Shown: positions 1-8,584 of the stretch, piece by piece | How positions within the stretch are numbered: position 1 is the stretch's first letter | Layout: every line of letters begins with the position of its first letter | Source of the DNA: an uncultured virus (IMG/VR IMGVR_UViG_2519899647_000001) | Taxonomy: Duplodnaviria; Heunggongvirae; Uroviricota; Caudoviricetes | Strand: one strand, 5' to 3' | Virus record (IMG/VR): IMGVR_UViG_2519899647_000001 | DNA: 64,000 bases | Position numbers and translations under genes: made by a program | The notes under the pieces: generated by a model | The model's input: the letters and a program-made list of their open reading frames with translations, nothing else | What the model was told of the DNA's origin: nothing | Database searches by the model: none

Positions 1-360
1 CTACATCCCGCCCATGACAGGCTGACTTTGCTCCTGCTGGAGTTCGGAAGATTCCTGTTTCTGTGCGGCGGCCTGTCCTTGAGTGAGCGTCTGCTGGTAA
101 GCCCCGATAACCGCCTTGTCAAATTCCGCTTTGGACTCCTTGGTACAAGGAAAGCAGATATCCTTGTACTCGCCGTTTCCGGCCTTGTAGCTGGGCATGG
201 AAATGAACAGCCCCTTGGAGCCCTCCATAATCTTGATGCCCCGAACGGCGAAAACACCGTAAATATTGACCGAGGCGGTGGCCTTGCAGCTTCCAGCCGG
301 ACGGATGGAATGAATTTTCACATCGTACTTTGGAACGGGCGATGTTGTATTCTTAGGCAT
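1..360 (-). CDS. spoVG: SpoVG family nucleic-acid-binding protein
   Basis: KATASVNIYGVFAVRGIKIMEGSKGLFISMPSYK...GEYKDICFP matches the SpoVG pattern; Q-rich tail. Confidence 0.85.
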   Translation of the reverse strand: MPKNTTSPVPKYDVKIHSIRPAGSCKATASVNIYGVFAVRGIKIMEGSKGLFISMPSYKAGNGEYKDICFPCTKESKAEFDKAVIGAYQQTLTQGQAAAQKQESSELQQEQSQPVMGGM

Positions 361-393
361 GTTTATTCCTCCTTCTCAAAATTTCCGGTATTT

Positions 394-657
394 CTAACCG
401 GCGTAGTTGAACATTTCCTTAATGCGCTGGGTCAGGGTCGGGAGCACCGTTTCCCCGAACAGGGCATAGAGCCCCGCAAGGAGCAGGGCGCCAATGACAA
501 CCGCCAGCAAGATTTTGATGGCTGTGTCAATATAACCTTCTCCGGCATTACCTGAGAGAAGGTTCCTGCCACGGAAAGCGAGATTGGCTGCGGCATCCTT
601 TGCCGCTGTAATCTTGTGTGAAGCTGTACTTTTCATTTTTTTGATAACCTGAAACAT
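394..657 (-). CDS. Flp-pilin-like membrane protein (DUF6133-like)
   Basis: G|EGYIDTAIKILLAVVIGALLLAGLYALF: prepilin-like cleavage site followed by a hydrophobic helix. Confidence 0.6.
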   Translation of the reverse strand: MFQVIKKMKSTASHKITAAKDAAANLAFRGRNLLSGNAGEGYIDTAIKILLAVVIGALLLAGLYALFGETVLPTLTQRIKEMFNYAG

Positions 658-713
658 GTAGTTTTCCTCTGTTCTATTGTTTCTTTGGTCGAGAAAAGGC
701 AGCCCCAGGCTGC

Positions 714-1265
714 CTACATACTCATTTCCATAGCTTGGGTCTGCTCTGAGCCCCCGAAGCTGATTTTCTGGAATCCAAAACGGTCGCAGTAGTGATATTC
801 GCTGCCTTGGGCGTCATACAGCTCCACCACATCAGACATGGAAAGAGAGTGTCCCGAAAAGCCTGCCGGGTGATTTGCATTGCACCTTGTGTAGATGGCT
901 TCGAGGTCGTTGGTGTCGAGCTGACCGTCATAGACGATGTTGTAATTTTCGAGAGATGGCTCTCCAAATCGCCGCACCATTTCTTCATAGGGTATAAATT
1001 TCATGTGCACGTCCACGTCCGGCTTTAACTGCCAGATGCGAACATTTTTCAGCAGTACGCCTTCCATGCCATCCGCACGTTCGCCAGCAAGAAGCCGCTC
1101 CATCACGCCATCTGTCCACTTCGGCGTTAAGGAGCGGCTTTGGAGCCAGATGGTCAGCTCATCATTTTGAAAAATGCTGTCCACAATGGCTTTTTCTTTA
1201 TCAGTATAACCGGCCGGGTTTCCATAGTAGGAAATGAGGCCGTTTTTCAGGGTAATCCCTAACAT
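714..1265 (-). CDS. YodL domain protein
   Basis: C-terminal LEAIYTRCNANHPAGFSGHSLSMSDVVEL...YCDRFGF motif. Confidence 0.8.
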   Translation of the reverse strand: MLGITLKNGLISYYGNPAGYTDKEKAIVDSIFQNDELTIWLQSRSLTPKWTDGVMERLLAGERADGMEGVLLKNVRIWQLKPDVDVHMKFIPYEEMVRRFGEPSLENYNIVYDGQLDTNDLEAIYTRCNANHPAGFSGHSLSMSDVVELYDAQGSEYHYCDRFGFQKISFGGSEQTQAMEMSM

Positions 1266-1306
1266 CTTCCCACCTCCCAGATAATGTCTTAAAGAATGAG
1301 GGCAGG

Positions 1307-1879
1307 TTATTTGCCATAGATGATGCTTTCCTGCATGATCAATTCATCCAATGCTGCAAGGCAGATACCGTTTTGCGCCAGCACCGAAAGAATGCAGGCC
1401 GGTACATCGCGAATATCTTGCTGGATATCTGCCTTTACGACTGTAAATTCGCCGCTGTCCTCATCGGTATAGCCTTCTAACCGGGTACCCTTGGGGATAC
1501 CCGCTTCCTCCAGCAGATAGTCTGGAATGCGGATGTCCTGGTTTTCGTCCAGCAGATCACGGCAAAGGGAGCAGTCTGCTACCCATTCAGCGGGGTTGTG
1601 ATTGCAGCCGCCTTTTTCACTTGCTTCCGGATTTTCATCCTCGCAGTTGTTGCAGAGACCGCAAGCTCCGGCAAGGTGAACCGTCATATCGCTTGCCAGC
1701 TCGCTGAGTGCGGCAATAACGCGAATAAGCTCCAGCGCCGTCATTTCACCCTTGTGGATGACGCATACGCATTCGGCGGCTGTCACCACAAGGGTTTCCG
1801 CATCGGCAAAGCTGCAACGCTGCTGAACATCTATGGGGATTTGCAGGGTCTGCTCATTTTTCTTCTGATTGTTTTTCAT
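1307..1879 (-). CDS. hypothetical Cys-rich protein, possible AbrB-like C-terminal part
   Basis: ORF with RBS (AAGGAGGA); CGLCNNC, CSLC; IRIPDYLLEEAGIPKG. Confidence 0.55.
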   Translation of the reverse strand: MKNNQKKNEQTLQIPIDVQQRCSFADAETLVVTAAECVCVIHKGEMTALELIRVIAALSELASDMTVHLAGACGLCNNCEDENPEASEKGGCNHNPAEWVADCSLCRDLLDENQDIRIPDYLLEEAGIPKGTRLEGYTDEDSGEFTVVKADIQQDIRDVPACILSVLAQNGICLAALDELIMQESIIYGK

Positions 1880-1941
1880 GGGGTCTGTCCTCCTTTAAAT
1901 ATTTGCCCCGATAGGGACGGTGTTCCTTTTTGGTTTTTCGG

Positions 1942-2772
1942 TCAGAGCTCAATCCCGCCGTTGTCAAATAAATTGAGTTGCGCCGGGGCCTCCCTCGTCC
2001 GTTCCCCCATATCGTAATTGGCAATGAGGATTTCGGGGAACTGCGCCCCATTGTCATACCGCTGCTTGATGTTATTGATGCGGGTATAGGAATCAATTTG
2101 GATACCCGGCGCATCATACAAATTGCGGATAAAATCGCAGTCATTGTAGGACAGCAGGAATTTGCCCTCAATTCGCAGCAGAGCATCCCGCAGGCGGATG
2201 TGATCTTTTTCTGTAAAGCCGTCCTCACCCACGTTTTTGTAGTAGCCCTCGGTTTCAAAGTACGGCGGGTCACAGTAGAAAAAGCTGACGGGGCGGTCGT
2301 ATTGCCCAATCAACTTCTCGAAATCCTTGTTTTCGATCACCACTTTGGCAAGCCGTCTGTGAGCCTGTTCAATCAGTGGAAAATTGGACCACATATCATG
2401 GGGCTGACTGCCATAGCTGGTAAGTCCCGATGCGTAGCTGTAGCGGATAAGCTGGTAAAACCAGGCTGCCTTCTGTACATCGGAAGCAGGACTGTCACGG
2501 GCGAGGGTATTTTTAACAAGGTCAAAGTCTGCGCGGGCATTGAGGACATAACGCAGTGCGTCTATAAGTTCCTCCGGCTTTTCCCGCACACAGCGGTACA
2601 GGTTGACCAGCAGTCCGTTGAAATCGTTATACACCTCAAAGTCGTTACCGGGCGGCTTGTGAAACAGTATCCAGCCGCCTCCGCCGAACACTTCAATGTA
2701 TCTTTCGTAGTAGAGGGGAAACAGTGTGACGATCAGCTCACGCAGGGATTTCTTGCCGCCGATCCATGACAT
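1942..2772 (-). CDS. Dam-family DNA adenine methyltransferase (orphan)
   Basis: WIGGKK, EVFGGGG, YNDFN and catalytic DPPY motifs. Confidence 0.9.
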   Translation of the reverse strand: MSWIGGKKSLRELIVTLFPLYYERYIEVFGGGGWILFHKPPGNDFEVYNDFNGLLVNLYRCVREKPEELIDALRYVLNARADFDLVKNTLARDSPASDVQKAAWFYQLIRYSYASGLTSYGSQPHDMWSNFPLIEQAHRRLAKVVIENKDFEKLIGQYDRPVSFFYCDPPYFETEGYYKNVGEDGFTEKDHIRLRDALLRIEGKFLLSYNDCDFIRNLYDAPGIQIDSYTRINNIKQRYDNGAQFPEILIANYDMGERTREAPAQLNLFDNGGIEL

Positions 2773-2780
2773 AAAGCTGT

Positions 2781-3113
2781 TCAGAAATCATCACCTCCCT
2801 CCAGCGGCAGGCGTATCTGCGTATCGTCAAATGCCGTGAGGGAATGCCTGAGCCCTCCGATGGCGGCTCTGATTCCGCTGACGCGGCTTCTCATATGACG
2901 GATGGTCAGCCGGACTTCCGCTTCGGTTCTTGCGTAAAAATATCCGCTTTGATCGCTGGCGATAGGGATGCCTTCGCGACGCAGGCTGTTGACAATATCG
3001 CGCAGTTCCTTACCGGAAACACAAAAGGTGTGTTCCAGTTCTTTGCTGGTGACGGCATTTTCCGCACCGTGATGATAGCGGTGCAGATATTCCGCAAGCT
3101 GTTTTTTCAACAT
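2781..3113 (-). CDS. winged-HTH hypothetical protein
   Basis: TSKELEHTFCVSGKELRDIVNSLRREGIPIAS..GYF; RBS AAAGGAGG. Confidence 0.6.
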   Translation of the reverse strand: MLKKQLAEYLHRYHHGAENAVTSKELEHTFCVSGKELRDIVNSLRREGIPIASDQSGYFYARTEAEVRLTIRHMRSRVSGIRAAIGGLRHSLTAFDDTQIRLPLEGGDDF

Positions 3114-3165
3114 GTTTACCTCCTTTCCGACCGCTTCCCCGGAAAGAAAGGCAGGACAAATAATA

Positions 3166-3208
3166 AAAAACAGGGCCGCCTCCTGTTTGGGGAAACGGCC
3201 CTGTTTTG
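3166..3208 (-). terminator. intrinsic terminator-like hairpin
   Basis: AAAACAGGGCCG...CGGCCCTGTTTT inverted repeat with a U-tract on the minus strand. Confidence 0.6.
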
Positions 3209-3246
3209 ATTTTGAATCTAAAAAAGCACAGGCATCATTGCCTGCG

Positions 3247-3534
3247 CTACTTGATTACGCCAAGCTCTCTCAAAACCGCCACACAGTCTTTAGCGCCTTG
3301 GATGTACAGATGTCGGCTGTATTCACCGAGCAAAAGCTGCATAGCTTCAAAATATGAGTCCACTATCTGTTTCAATTCGTTATCGTATTTCGGATGATCC
3401 TTTACCAGCACCGATGCATCCCGCTGCTGTTTGACAGCCTCCCTGACAGCAGGGTTGGATTCTGCCAATTCCGCAAACGCTGCGTCAAGACGTTCGTCCA
3501 ATGCAGTTTGTAAGGACTCTTTCCATAACTCCAT
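3247..3534 (-). CDS. hypothetical protein
   Basis: ORF MELWKESLQ... with RBS AAGGAGGTG. Confidence 0.6.
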   Translation of the reverse strand: MELWKESLQTALDERLDAAFAELAESNPAVREAVKQQRDASVLVKDHPKYDNELKQIVDSYFEAMQLLLGEYSRHLYIQGAKDCVAVLRELGVIK

Positions 3535-3643
3535 TCTGTCCACCTCCTTCAATTACAACACAATGCCACACTTTTCATAGGAAAGCTATACCAAATACCA
3601 AAAGAAATTCTGCTATTCATCTCCGGTCAGAACGGTCAAGATA

Positions 3644-4369
3644 TTATCCAAGCTGCATTCCTCCCATCTGCTGGCTTTGCGCCAACTCATCCGGCGTCAT
3701 GATGCTCCAGTCTTTATCACTGCTCCATAGGCTGACATAGATTTCGCCATTGCCTGTTTTTAAGGGATGCTGCTCAAAGCCTTCACCAAAGCCGTCCGAT
3801 GCCTGACCGGAAACATAATCCTTAAGCTGCTCAAGCTCTGCCTCACTCAAGCTCCCTTGTATGCGGCATTCGGCCACACCCATCAGCTTGGCGCCAATCT
3901 GTTCCACTGTGAAAAAGAAGGAATGAACCTTCTGATTGACGCTGTCATTTTTAGGATAGTATTTCATGAGTCCTCGTTCCGTTTCTTCCGGCCTTCGCTC
4001 TTTCACAATGGCTGCAAGGATAGAATCGTGATAGGAGAGGATAGTATCTTGATCCAGCTCCGAGGGATAATCCTCCCAATCGCCCCATTCGTTGCGCTCG
4101 TATTTCTTAACGGTAAGCGGCATATATAGCTTGAGAGTCTGGAGCGGAGGAGATATTTTTGAGAACGAGTCCTCCCCAGGAATGAGGGCAAGGGAGCGCC
4201 CGTTGTCCCATTGCATGTGAATTCCGCACGCATCGTCAATAAAATCCACCGTACCTTCTGTACCGGGTGGTACGGGGGCATAGGGATCGTTCATTTTTGT
4301 GAGACGGATTCGTGTACCGGGCGGATACTTCTCCTTGAGCAATCTCAGAAATTCACTGTCATATCTCAT
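3644..4369 (-). CDS. DUF4314 domain protein (ICE-associated)
   Basis: YPPGTRIRLTKMNDPYAPVPPGTEGTVDFIDD.CGIHMQWDNGRSLALIPGED; C-terminal GQASDGFGEGFEQ. Confidence 0.8.
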   Translation of the reverse strand: MRYDSEFLRLLKEKYPPGTRIRLTKMNDPYAPVPPGTEGTVDFIDDACGIHMQWDNGRSLALIPGEDSFSKISPPLQTLKLYMPLTVKKYERNEWGDWEDYPSELDQDTILSYHDSILAAIVKERRPEETERGLMKYYPKNDSVNQKVHSFFFTVEQIGAKLMGVAECRIQGSLSEAELEQLKDYVSGQASDGFGEGFEQHPLKTGNGEIYVSLWSSDKDWSIMTPDELAQSQQMGGMQLG

Positions 4370-4382
4370 ATTTGTTCCTCCT

Positions 4383-4613
4383 TCATATGGGCTTTTGTTT
4401 TGCATTGGGTTTTTTGTTTATTTTCTGCATATCGGTTCTAAGGCAATCTCCCTCGGAACTGTAGCAGATAAAACCATGAGAGGGGTAGGGGCAGTTTCCG
4501 CAGCTTTTAAATGGTCCCTTAGGCTGTTCAGCTGCCGGTATCGGACCTGTTGTTACAAGGACATCAGAATCATAACAGGCAGGTTTCTTGTTTTTCTTAT
4601 AGCGTACCAACAT
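4383..4613 (-). CDS. small Cys-rich hypothetical protein
   Basis: MLVRYKK...CGNCPYPSHGFIC...DCLRTDM; RBS GGGAGGA. Confidence 0.5.
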   Translation of the reverse strand: MLVRYKKNKKPACYDSDVLVTTGPIPAAEQPKGPFKSCGNCPYPSHGFICYSSEGDCLRTDMQKINKKPNAKQKPI

Positions 4614-4629
4614 ATTTTTCCTCCCTTCC

Positions 4630-4682
4630 AAAAAAGAAAAGCCGGGGAATCGAAGTGCATTTCTGCACTTCGATTCCCCGGC
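4630..4682 (-). terminator. strong intrinsic terminator
   Basis: perfect 19-bp stem 4641-4659/4664-4682, GAAA loop on the minus strand, followed by TTTTCTTTTTT. Confidence 0.8.
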
Positions 4683-4766
4683 CAATAAATAAGGCTCCAA
4701 TTTGCAATATTGGAGTCTTTAGTTCTAATTTTGCGTTATAAATTATGAAATGAGCGATAGGCGTTT

Positions 4767-5303
4767 TTATTTTTGCTTTGCCTGTATGTAAGCAGTAAAG
4801 TTTGCCGCCCCCAGTTTTCTTCGTTTAGATAGCATTTTAGTCCAAATAGTATTTCCCTGTGCTTCGGTGATGTATCCTCTTTCCAGTGCCGCAAGTAATA
4901 TATCGCCAGTTGTTAGATGCTTAAGATCCATTTGAGCGATATATAAAGAAATATCCTTCAAATTATTACTTGCTACAATGCCGTCATACTGTTTTGCTAA
5001 TGCGATGGATGCGGCTTCTCCTTTGCCGATAACCATATGCCCGGCTTTTGGTTTTTCGGTAAGCTGATAATATATATCATAGGCTTCCGTAGCCACATCA
5101 ATGGACATTACCTGTGCTTGTCCCACCGAAAGGAGTGCATCTACTCTTGCCTTTAGGTGCGCAATCCCGGGATAGGACAGTTCGTCATAAACAGTTTTAG
5201 GAATAACGATCCTACCGGGATATAACTTAACCAATAAATTTTCATTCCCAACCCACAAAAAAGCCGAGATACAGTCGCTATCAAAAAAGAGCGAATCAGT
5301 CAA
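4767..5303 (-). CDS. PIN-domain protein (putative ribonuclease toxin)
   Basis: FFDSDCISAF, IPKTVYDEL, IGKGEAASIALA, VASNN acidic PIN motifs; TTG start overlapping the upstream stop. Confidence 0.75.
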   Translation of the reverse strand: MTDSLFFDSDCISAFLWVGNENLLVKLYPGRIVIPKTVYDELSYPGIAHLKARVDALLSVGQAQVMSIDVATEAYDIYYQLTEKPKAGHMVIGKGEAASIALAKQYDGIVASNNLKDISLYIAQMDLKHLTTGDILLAALERGYITEAQGNTIWTKMLSKRRKLGAANFTAYIQAKQK

Positions 5304-6054
5304 GCAATTCGCCCCCTTCGATTTCCTCCCCATAGACGAGGTCGGAACGGAAAGCAGATAGCAGCAATTCATCATATTTGCCGCTGGATATTAGCCCTTG
5401 TTCCAAAGCTTTTTCCGCCTGCTGAATATAGTAGCCGTATGTCCTGTATCGCTTATCTTCGGGTGTCGGTCTATAGAGTGTATCATCGTAGCCAAGATTA
5501 AGAGCAGATAAAATTACGTTTTGGCGCATTGAATCAGCTTCTTCACGGGTTAATTCATTTTCGCTGAGCAGCCGGTAAAGGATAGCTTTGCGGCTAATAC
5601 GAAAGTATTGCTCCAAACGCACAACATCATGAATGGAAAGCTTGGCGGAGCTCGACTTTTTCAGCTGGTCAATTTTATCCGAAAGGGCATCCGGGGGCAT
5701 AAGCAAATACGATGCAAACTGATCTGCTTGCTTTTCCTTTTCATTTCCCTCGCCGATTGTTTTTGCACACACCGCAGTGAGTTCGTCATCATCAAAATAC
5801 AGGTGATATAGTTCATGAGCCATGGAAAAGCGCTGCCTTCCAAGGGTCATGGCTGAATTAATGGCGATGACATTGCTGCCGGTTCCCTTAATACAAATAC
5901 CGCTAATGTGATTCCCCATCGGATAGTATACGATGGATAATTTATCGATTGTATGAACCAATGCCAATATATCGATCGGAGAAGTCGCATCTTCTCCAAG
6001 CTCTTTCCGTAAACTGAGAGCTTTTTTCCATAACTCTATTCTATCCATTGGCAT
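5296..6054 (-). CDS. ImmA/IrrE family Zn metallopeptidase
   Basis: GRQRFSMAHELYH (HExxH), EKQADQFASYLLMP. Confidence 0.9.
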   Translation of the reverse strand: MPMDRIELWKKALSLRKELGEDATSPIDILALVHTIDKLSIVYYPMGNHISGICIKGTGSNVIAINSAMTLGRQRFSMAHELYHLYFDDDELTAVCAKTIGEGNEKEKQADQFASYLLMPPDALSDKIDQLKKSSSAKLSIHDVVRLEQYFRISRKAILYRLLSENELTREEADSMRQNVILSALNLGYDDTLYRPTPEDKRYRTYGYYIQQAEKALEQGLISSGKYDELLLSAFRSDLVYGEEIEGGELLD

Positions 6055-6394
6055 GCTCACCCTCAAGCAATTGAGTCATAAAGTGGCTATTTAAAGCAAT
6101 CCTGTTTATGGCGCTAATTGCGTCCAAGTCATCTTCTCCGATTTCGCTTGCACGAAGCGCAAAGGACAGCGGTTTAACCTTCATTTCCGGCTCCATGAGT
6201 GCAGATACCCGCGTACCAAACAAGGCTGCAAGCTTATCCAGCATATCCGCCGTCAGTGCCCGTTTGCCTTTCTCGACCATAGACACAAGGCTTTGATCGA
6301 CATGAAGATAATTAGCCACATTGCTTTGTGTAAGGCCGCTATTTTCGCGCAGAGATTTTATCCTTGCTCCGATGATCTCCAGAGAGTTATTCAT
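6041..6394 (-). CDS. XRE-family HTH regulator
   Basis: IKSLRENSGLTQSNVANYLHVDQSLVSMVEKGKR. Confidence 0.9.
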   Translation of the reverse strand: MNNSLEIIGARIKSLRENSGLTQSNVANYLHVDQSLVSMVEKGKRALTADMLDKLAALFGTRVSALMEPEMKVKPLSFALRASEIGEDDLDAISAINRIALNSHFMTQLLEGEHANG

Positions 6395-6419
6395 GATAAT
6401 GCCTCCCTTCTATATTTAT

Positions 6420-6474
6420 AGTATATGCCGCATTTGTCATATTGTCAATCAAATTTAAAACTTATTTTATGACA
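6420..6474 (-). promoter_or_regulatory. sigmaA promoter of xre-immA-PIN with inverted-repeat operator
   Basis: minus strand TTGACA (6448-6443)-17 bp-TATACT (6425-6420); TGTCATA/TATGACA inverted repeat (6435-6441, 6468-6474) flanking the -35. Confidence 0.65.
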
Positions 6475-6636
6475 GTGCTTTAGGCATTTATTATTCTCTG
6501 ATTATTCTGCTTCTATACATTGATACTGAATTTAATGGGATTTTGTTTGAAACAACAAGTTCAATGTGTTCAATTTTTATAAGATATATCTTTGATGTTG
6601 TATTGTTATGGAAAGAGATAAAGAGGTGTTTTGTTT

Positions 6637-6804
6637 ATGATTAAACGAGAGTTACATATGAGTCATATTCGTCCCTTCATAGGAAACGATCTCATTAAGA
6701 TTTTAACCGGCATCCGGTGTCTTATTTTCGATGCCAGTTGCAGTCAGCGAAATTCAATTGATATTCTAAAGAAATTCGTGTATAATATCTTTAGAATTGT
6801 GTAA
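6637..6804 (+). pseudogene. 5' remnant of an AAA_14/DUF4143-type ATPase gene
   Basis: MIKRELHMSHIRPFIGNDLIKILTGIR resembles the family N-terminus up to Walker A (TGIRRxGKS), then diverges. Confidence 0.6.
6758..6797 (+). promoter_or_regulatory. TA operon promoter with operator
   Basis: TTGATA-17 bp-TATAAT; ATTCTAAAGA (6763-6772) / TCTTTAGAAT (6788-6797) inverted repeat around the -10. Confidence 0.75.
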
Positions 6805-6817
6805 GGAGGTAAACGCT

Positions 6818-7090
6818 ATGCCAAATATAAAGTCCAGCACTGACCTGCGGAATAACTATAATGAGATATCCACCTTCTGTCATGAAAGCCGTGAACCTGT
6901 TTTTATCACAAAAAACGGGCAGGGAGATTTGGCGGTTATGAGCATTGAAACCTATGAGGCACTCAGCGGCAAGCTTGAACTGTATCACCTGCTTGACGAA
7001 GGACGATCGGCCGTTAAAGCGGGTAAAAAGCGTCCGTTTCAAGATGTCATGAAGGATATTAAGCGAGGCATCGCCGATGGCGAAATATAG
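6818..7090 (+). CDS. Phd/YefM family antitoxin
   Basis: MPNIKSSTDLRNNYNEIS...EPVFITKNGQGDLAVMSIETYE. Confidence 0.9.
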   Translation: MPNIKSSTDLRNNYNEISTFCHESREPVFITKNGQGDLAVMSIETYEALSGKLELYHLLDEGRSAVKAGKKRPFQDVMKDIKRGIADGEI

Positions 7091-7391
7091 GGTAGATGTA
7101 TCTGAACCAGCCGAAAACGATCTTAGGGACATTGTTCGGTATATTGCTTCTCAGCTGTCAGCTCCCATATCGGCAACTCGTATGATGGAGCTTTTTGAAG
7201 AGACAATGCTAAGTCTGTCCGATATGCCGCAGCGCTGTCCGCTTGTTTCAGACGATCGTCTATCTCAAATGGGATACAGGAAACTAATTGTAAAAAATTA
7301 CGTTGTGTTTTTTTCCATAGACGAGAAGAACAAGGTGGTTGACGTTGAAAGAATTCTGTACGGCAGACGCGACTGGATCAGATTTTTATAA
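7077..7391 (+). CDS. RelE/ParE family toxin
   Basis: YRVDVSEPAENDLRDIVRYI...GYRKLIVKNYVVFF...RILYGRRDW; overlaps the antitoxin. Confidence 0.9.
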   Translation: MAKYRVDVSEPAENDLRDIVRYIASQLSAPISATRMMELFEETMLSLSDMPQRCPLVSDDRLSQMGYRKLIVKNYVVFFSIDEKNKVVDVERILYGRRDWIRFL

Positions 7392-7401
7392 TCGATACAA
7401 G

Positions 7402-7436
7402 AACAGGGTGACACTATGCAAAGTAGTCACCCTGTT
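7402..7436. terminator. bidirectional terminator-like hairpin
   Basis: AACAGGGTGAC...GTCACCCTGTT between convergent genes. Confidence 0.6.
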
Positions 7437-7462
7437 TTCATGTAAATGGATGCGCCGAGCAT

Positions 7463-8026
7463 TTAGGGATTTCGATACTGCTCCAGCAGCTCTATATGCT
7501 TTTTGGACTTCTGATGGATGCGGCAAGCTTCTGTTGCCATATAGTTTATCAAGCTGTCCTTTGGCACTAAATACTTGGTATAATACCATACCCCCGTTAT
7601 CTTTTCTGCCTTGATCCATTCAGATACTGTGGTTTGGCAGTATCCCGTTAGCTTTGTGACATCATTTACCGTGAGGGCATCCGGAAAGGTGTGCCACTTG
7701 TTCTTAAGCATTGCCATAAACTTCTCGGAGTTGATTGCCTTCGCCGTTTGGCGCTTCGGTTTATATTTTATTCCGCTTGAAAATATCCCCGGTGGTGTCA
7801 GCAGAGTTTCAGGAGATTCTTCCAAGCGAGTAAGGTATGCAATAACGTCGGTTATTTGGATTTTAAACCTGCGGGTCTTTTTGTCGGTATCCTCGCAGGG
7901 GATATATCCGTTCTCCAAAAGCCATGTGGCTTTTCGTTTGCTTATGCGGCAAATTCTGTAAAGCTGGTCTTGACTTATCTTCTCCGGATATTCAGCCAGA
8001 AGGTAAGAGTAGTCGGTTGCCATCAT
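7463..8026 (-). CDS. excisionase-like protein with two HTH_17-type domains
   Basis: YPEKISQDQLYRICRISKRKATWLLENGYIP and FPDALTVNDVTKLTGYCQTTVSEWIK...YLVPKDSLINYM. Confidence 0.65.
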   Translation of the reverse strand: MMATDYSYLLAEYPEKISQDQLYRICRISKRKATWLLENGYIPCEDTDKKTRRFKIQITDVIAYLTRLEESPETLLTPPGIFSSGIKYKPKRQTAKAINSEKFMAMLKNKWHTFPDALTVNDVTKLTGYCQTTVSEWIKAEKITGVWYYTKYLVPKDSLINYMATEACRIHQKSKKHIELLEQYRNP

Positions 8027-8182
8027 CGTTCCTCCCATCACATTGATCCTTAGGACAGAGAATTATGCTCTGTCTGCTGCAGGATGTTCTGTTAAAAATC
8101 AATGTCAATGGTAGGATACGCTTGGTTTTGATTTTTCAAATTGCCGGGAAACTAAAGTATCTTAAGGTTATTTCGCCGGTTG

Positions 8183-8213
8183 TTTTTCTACGGTTTTTCT
8201 ACACTTTTTCTAC
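8183..8213 (+). repeat. three direct repeats TTTTTCTAC (putative integrase arm sites)
   Basis: copies at 8183, 8194, 8205 (11-bp period); related copies at 8473, 8498 and inverted at 8512, 8577. Confidence 0.7.
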
Positions 8214-8366
8214 ACTTTGCCCTGAAAACCGCTAAATCAGGGCGGTGTGTTCATGCGCGGAAATATCAGCGTTTGTGCCTGAAAAGCCTTTATTTATGCG
8301 GGTCTGCGGGATTTTATCTTCTCCTAAAGTTACTCTCGTAAACTCATAAGAACTTGCCTTCAAATA

Positions 8367-8423
8367 ACTCGAAATCAGGTTGTCCGCAAGGGCACGTGAG
8401 TTCGAATCTCACCGTCTCCGCCA
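8367..8423 (+). mobile_element. att core: 3' half of tRNA-Ser(CGA), not a functional tRNA
   Basis: CTCGAAA anticodon loop, long variable arm, GTGAGTTCGAATCTCAC T-arm, CGTCTCCGCCA end; acceptor 5' strand, D-arm and 5' anticodon stem absent. Confidence 0.85.
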
Positions 8424-8424
8424 T

Positions 8425-8468
8425 GAGCCTGTTTGCGGTCAATGTCCGCAGCAGGCTCTTCCTTTTTT
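8425..8468 (+). terminator. terminator following the tRNA fragment
   Basis: GAGCCTG..TGCGG/CCGCA.CAGGCTC stem then TTCCTTTTTT. Confidence 0.7.
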
Positions 8469-8584
8469 GATCTTTTCTACGCTCTCTTTTGAGGGCGTTT
8501 TTTCTATTTTCGTAGAAACCCGATGCGCCTGAACCTTTTGTATATAAGGCTTTGCAGTATTTTCATGAAGCAATCCGTAGAAAA

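Noticed and set aside
1978..2769. 263-aa plus-strand ORF
   Set aside because: Antisense shadow of the Dam methylase.
8341..8423. Functional tRNA-Ser gene
   Set aside because: The 5' half is missing: no GGAGACG acceptor strand, D-arm or CCTGA anticodon-stem strand upstream; treated as an att core.
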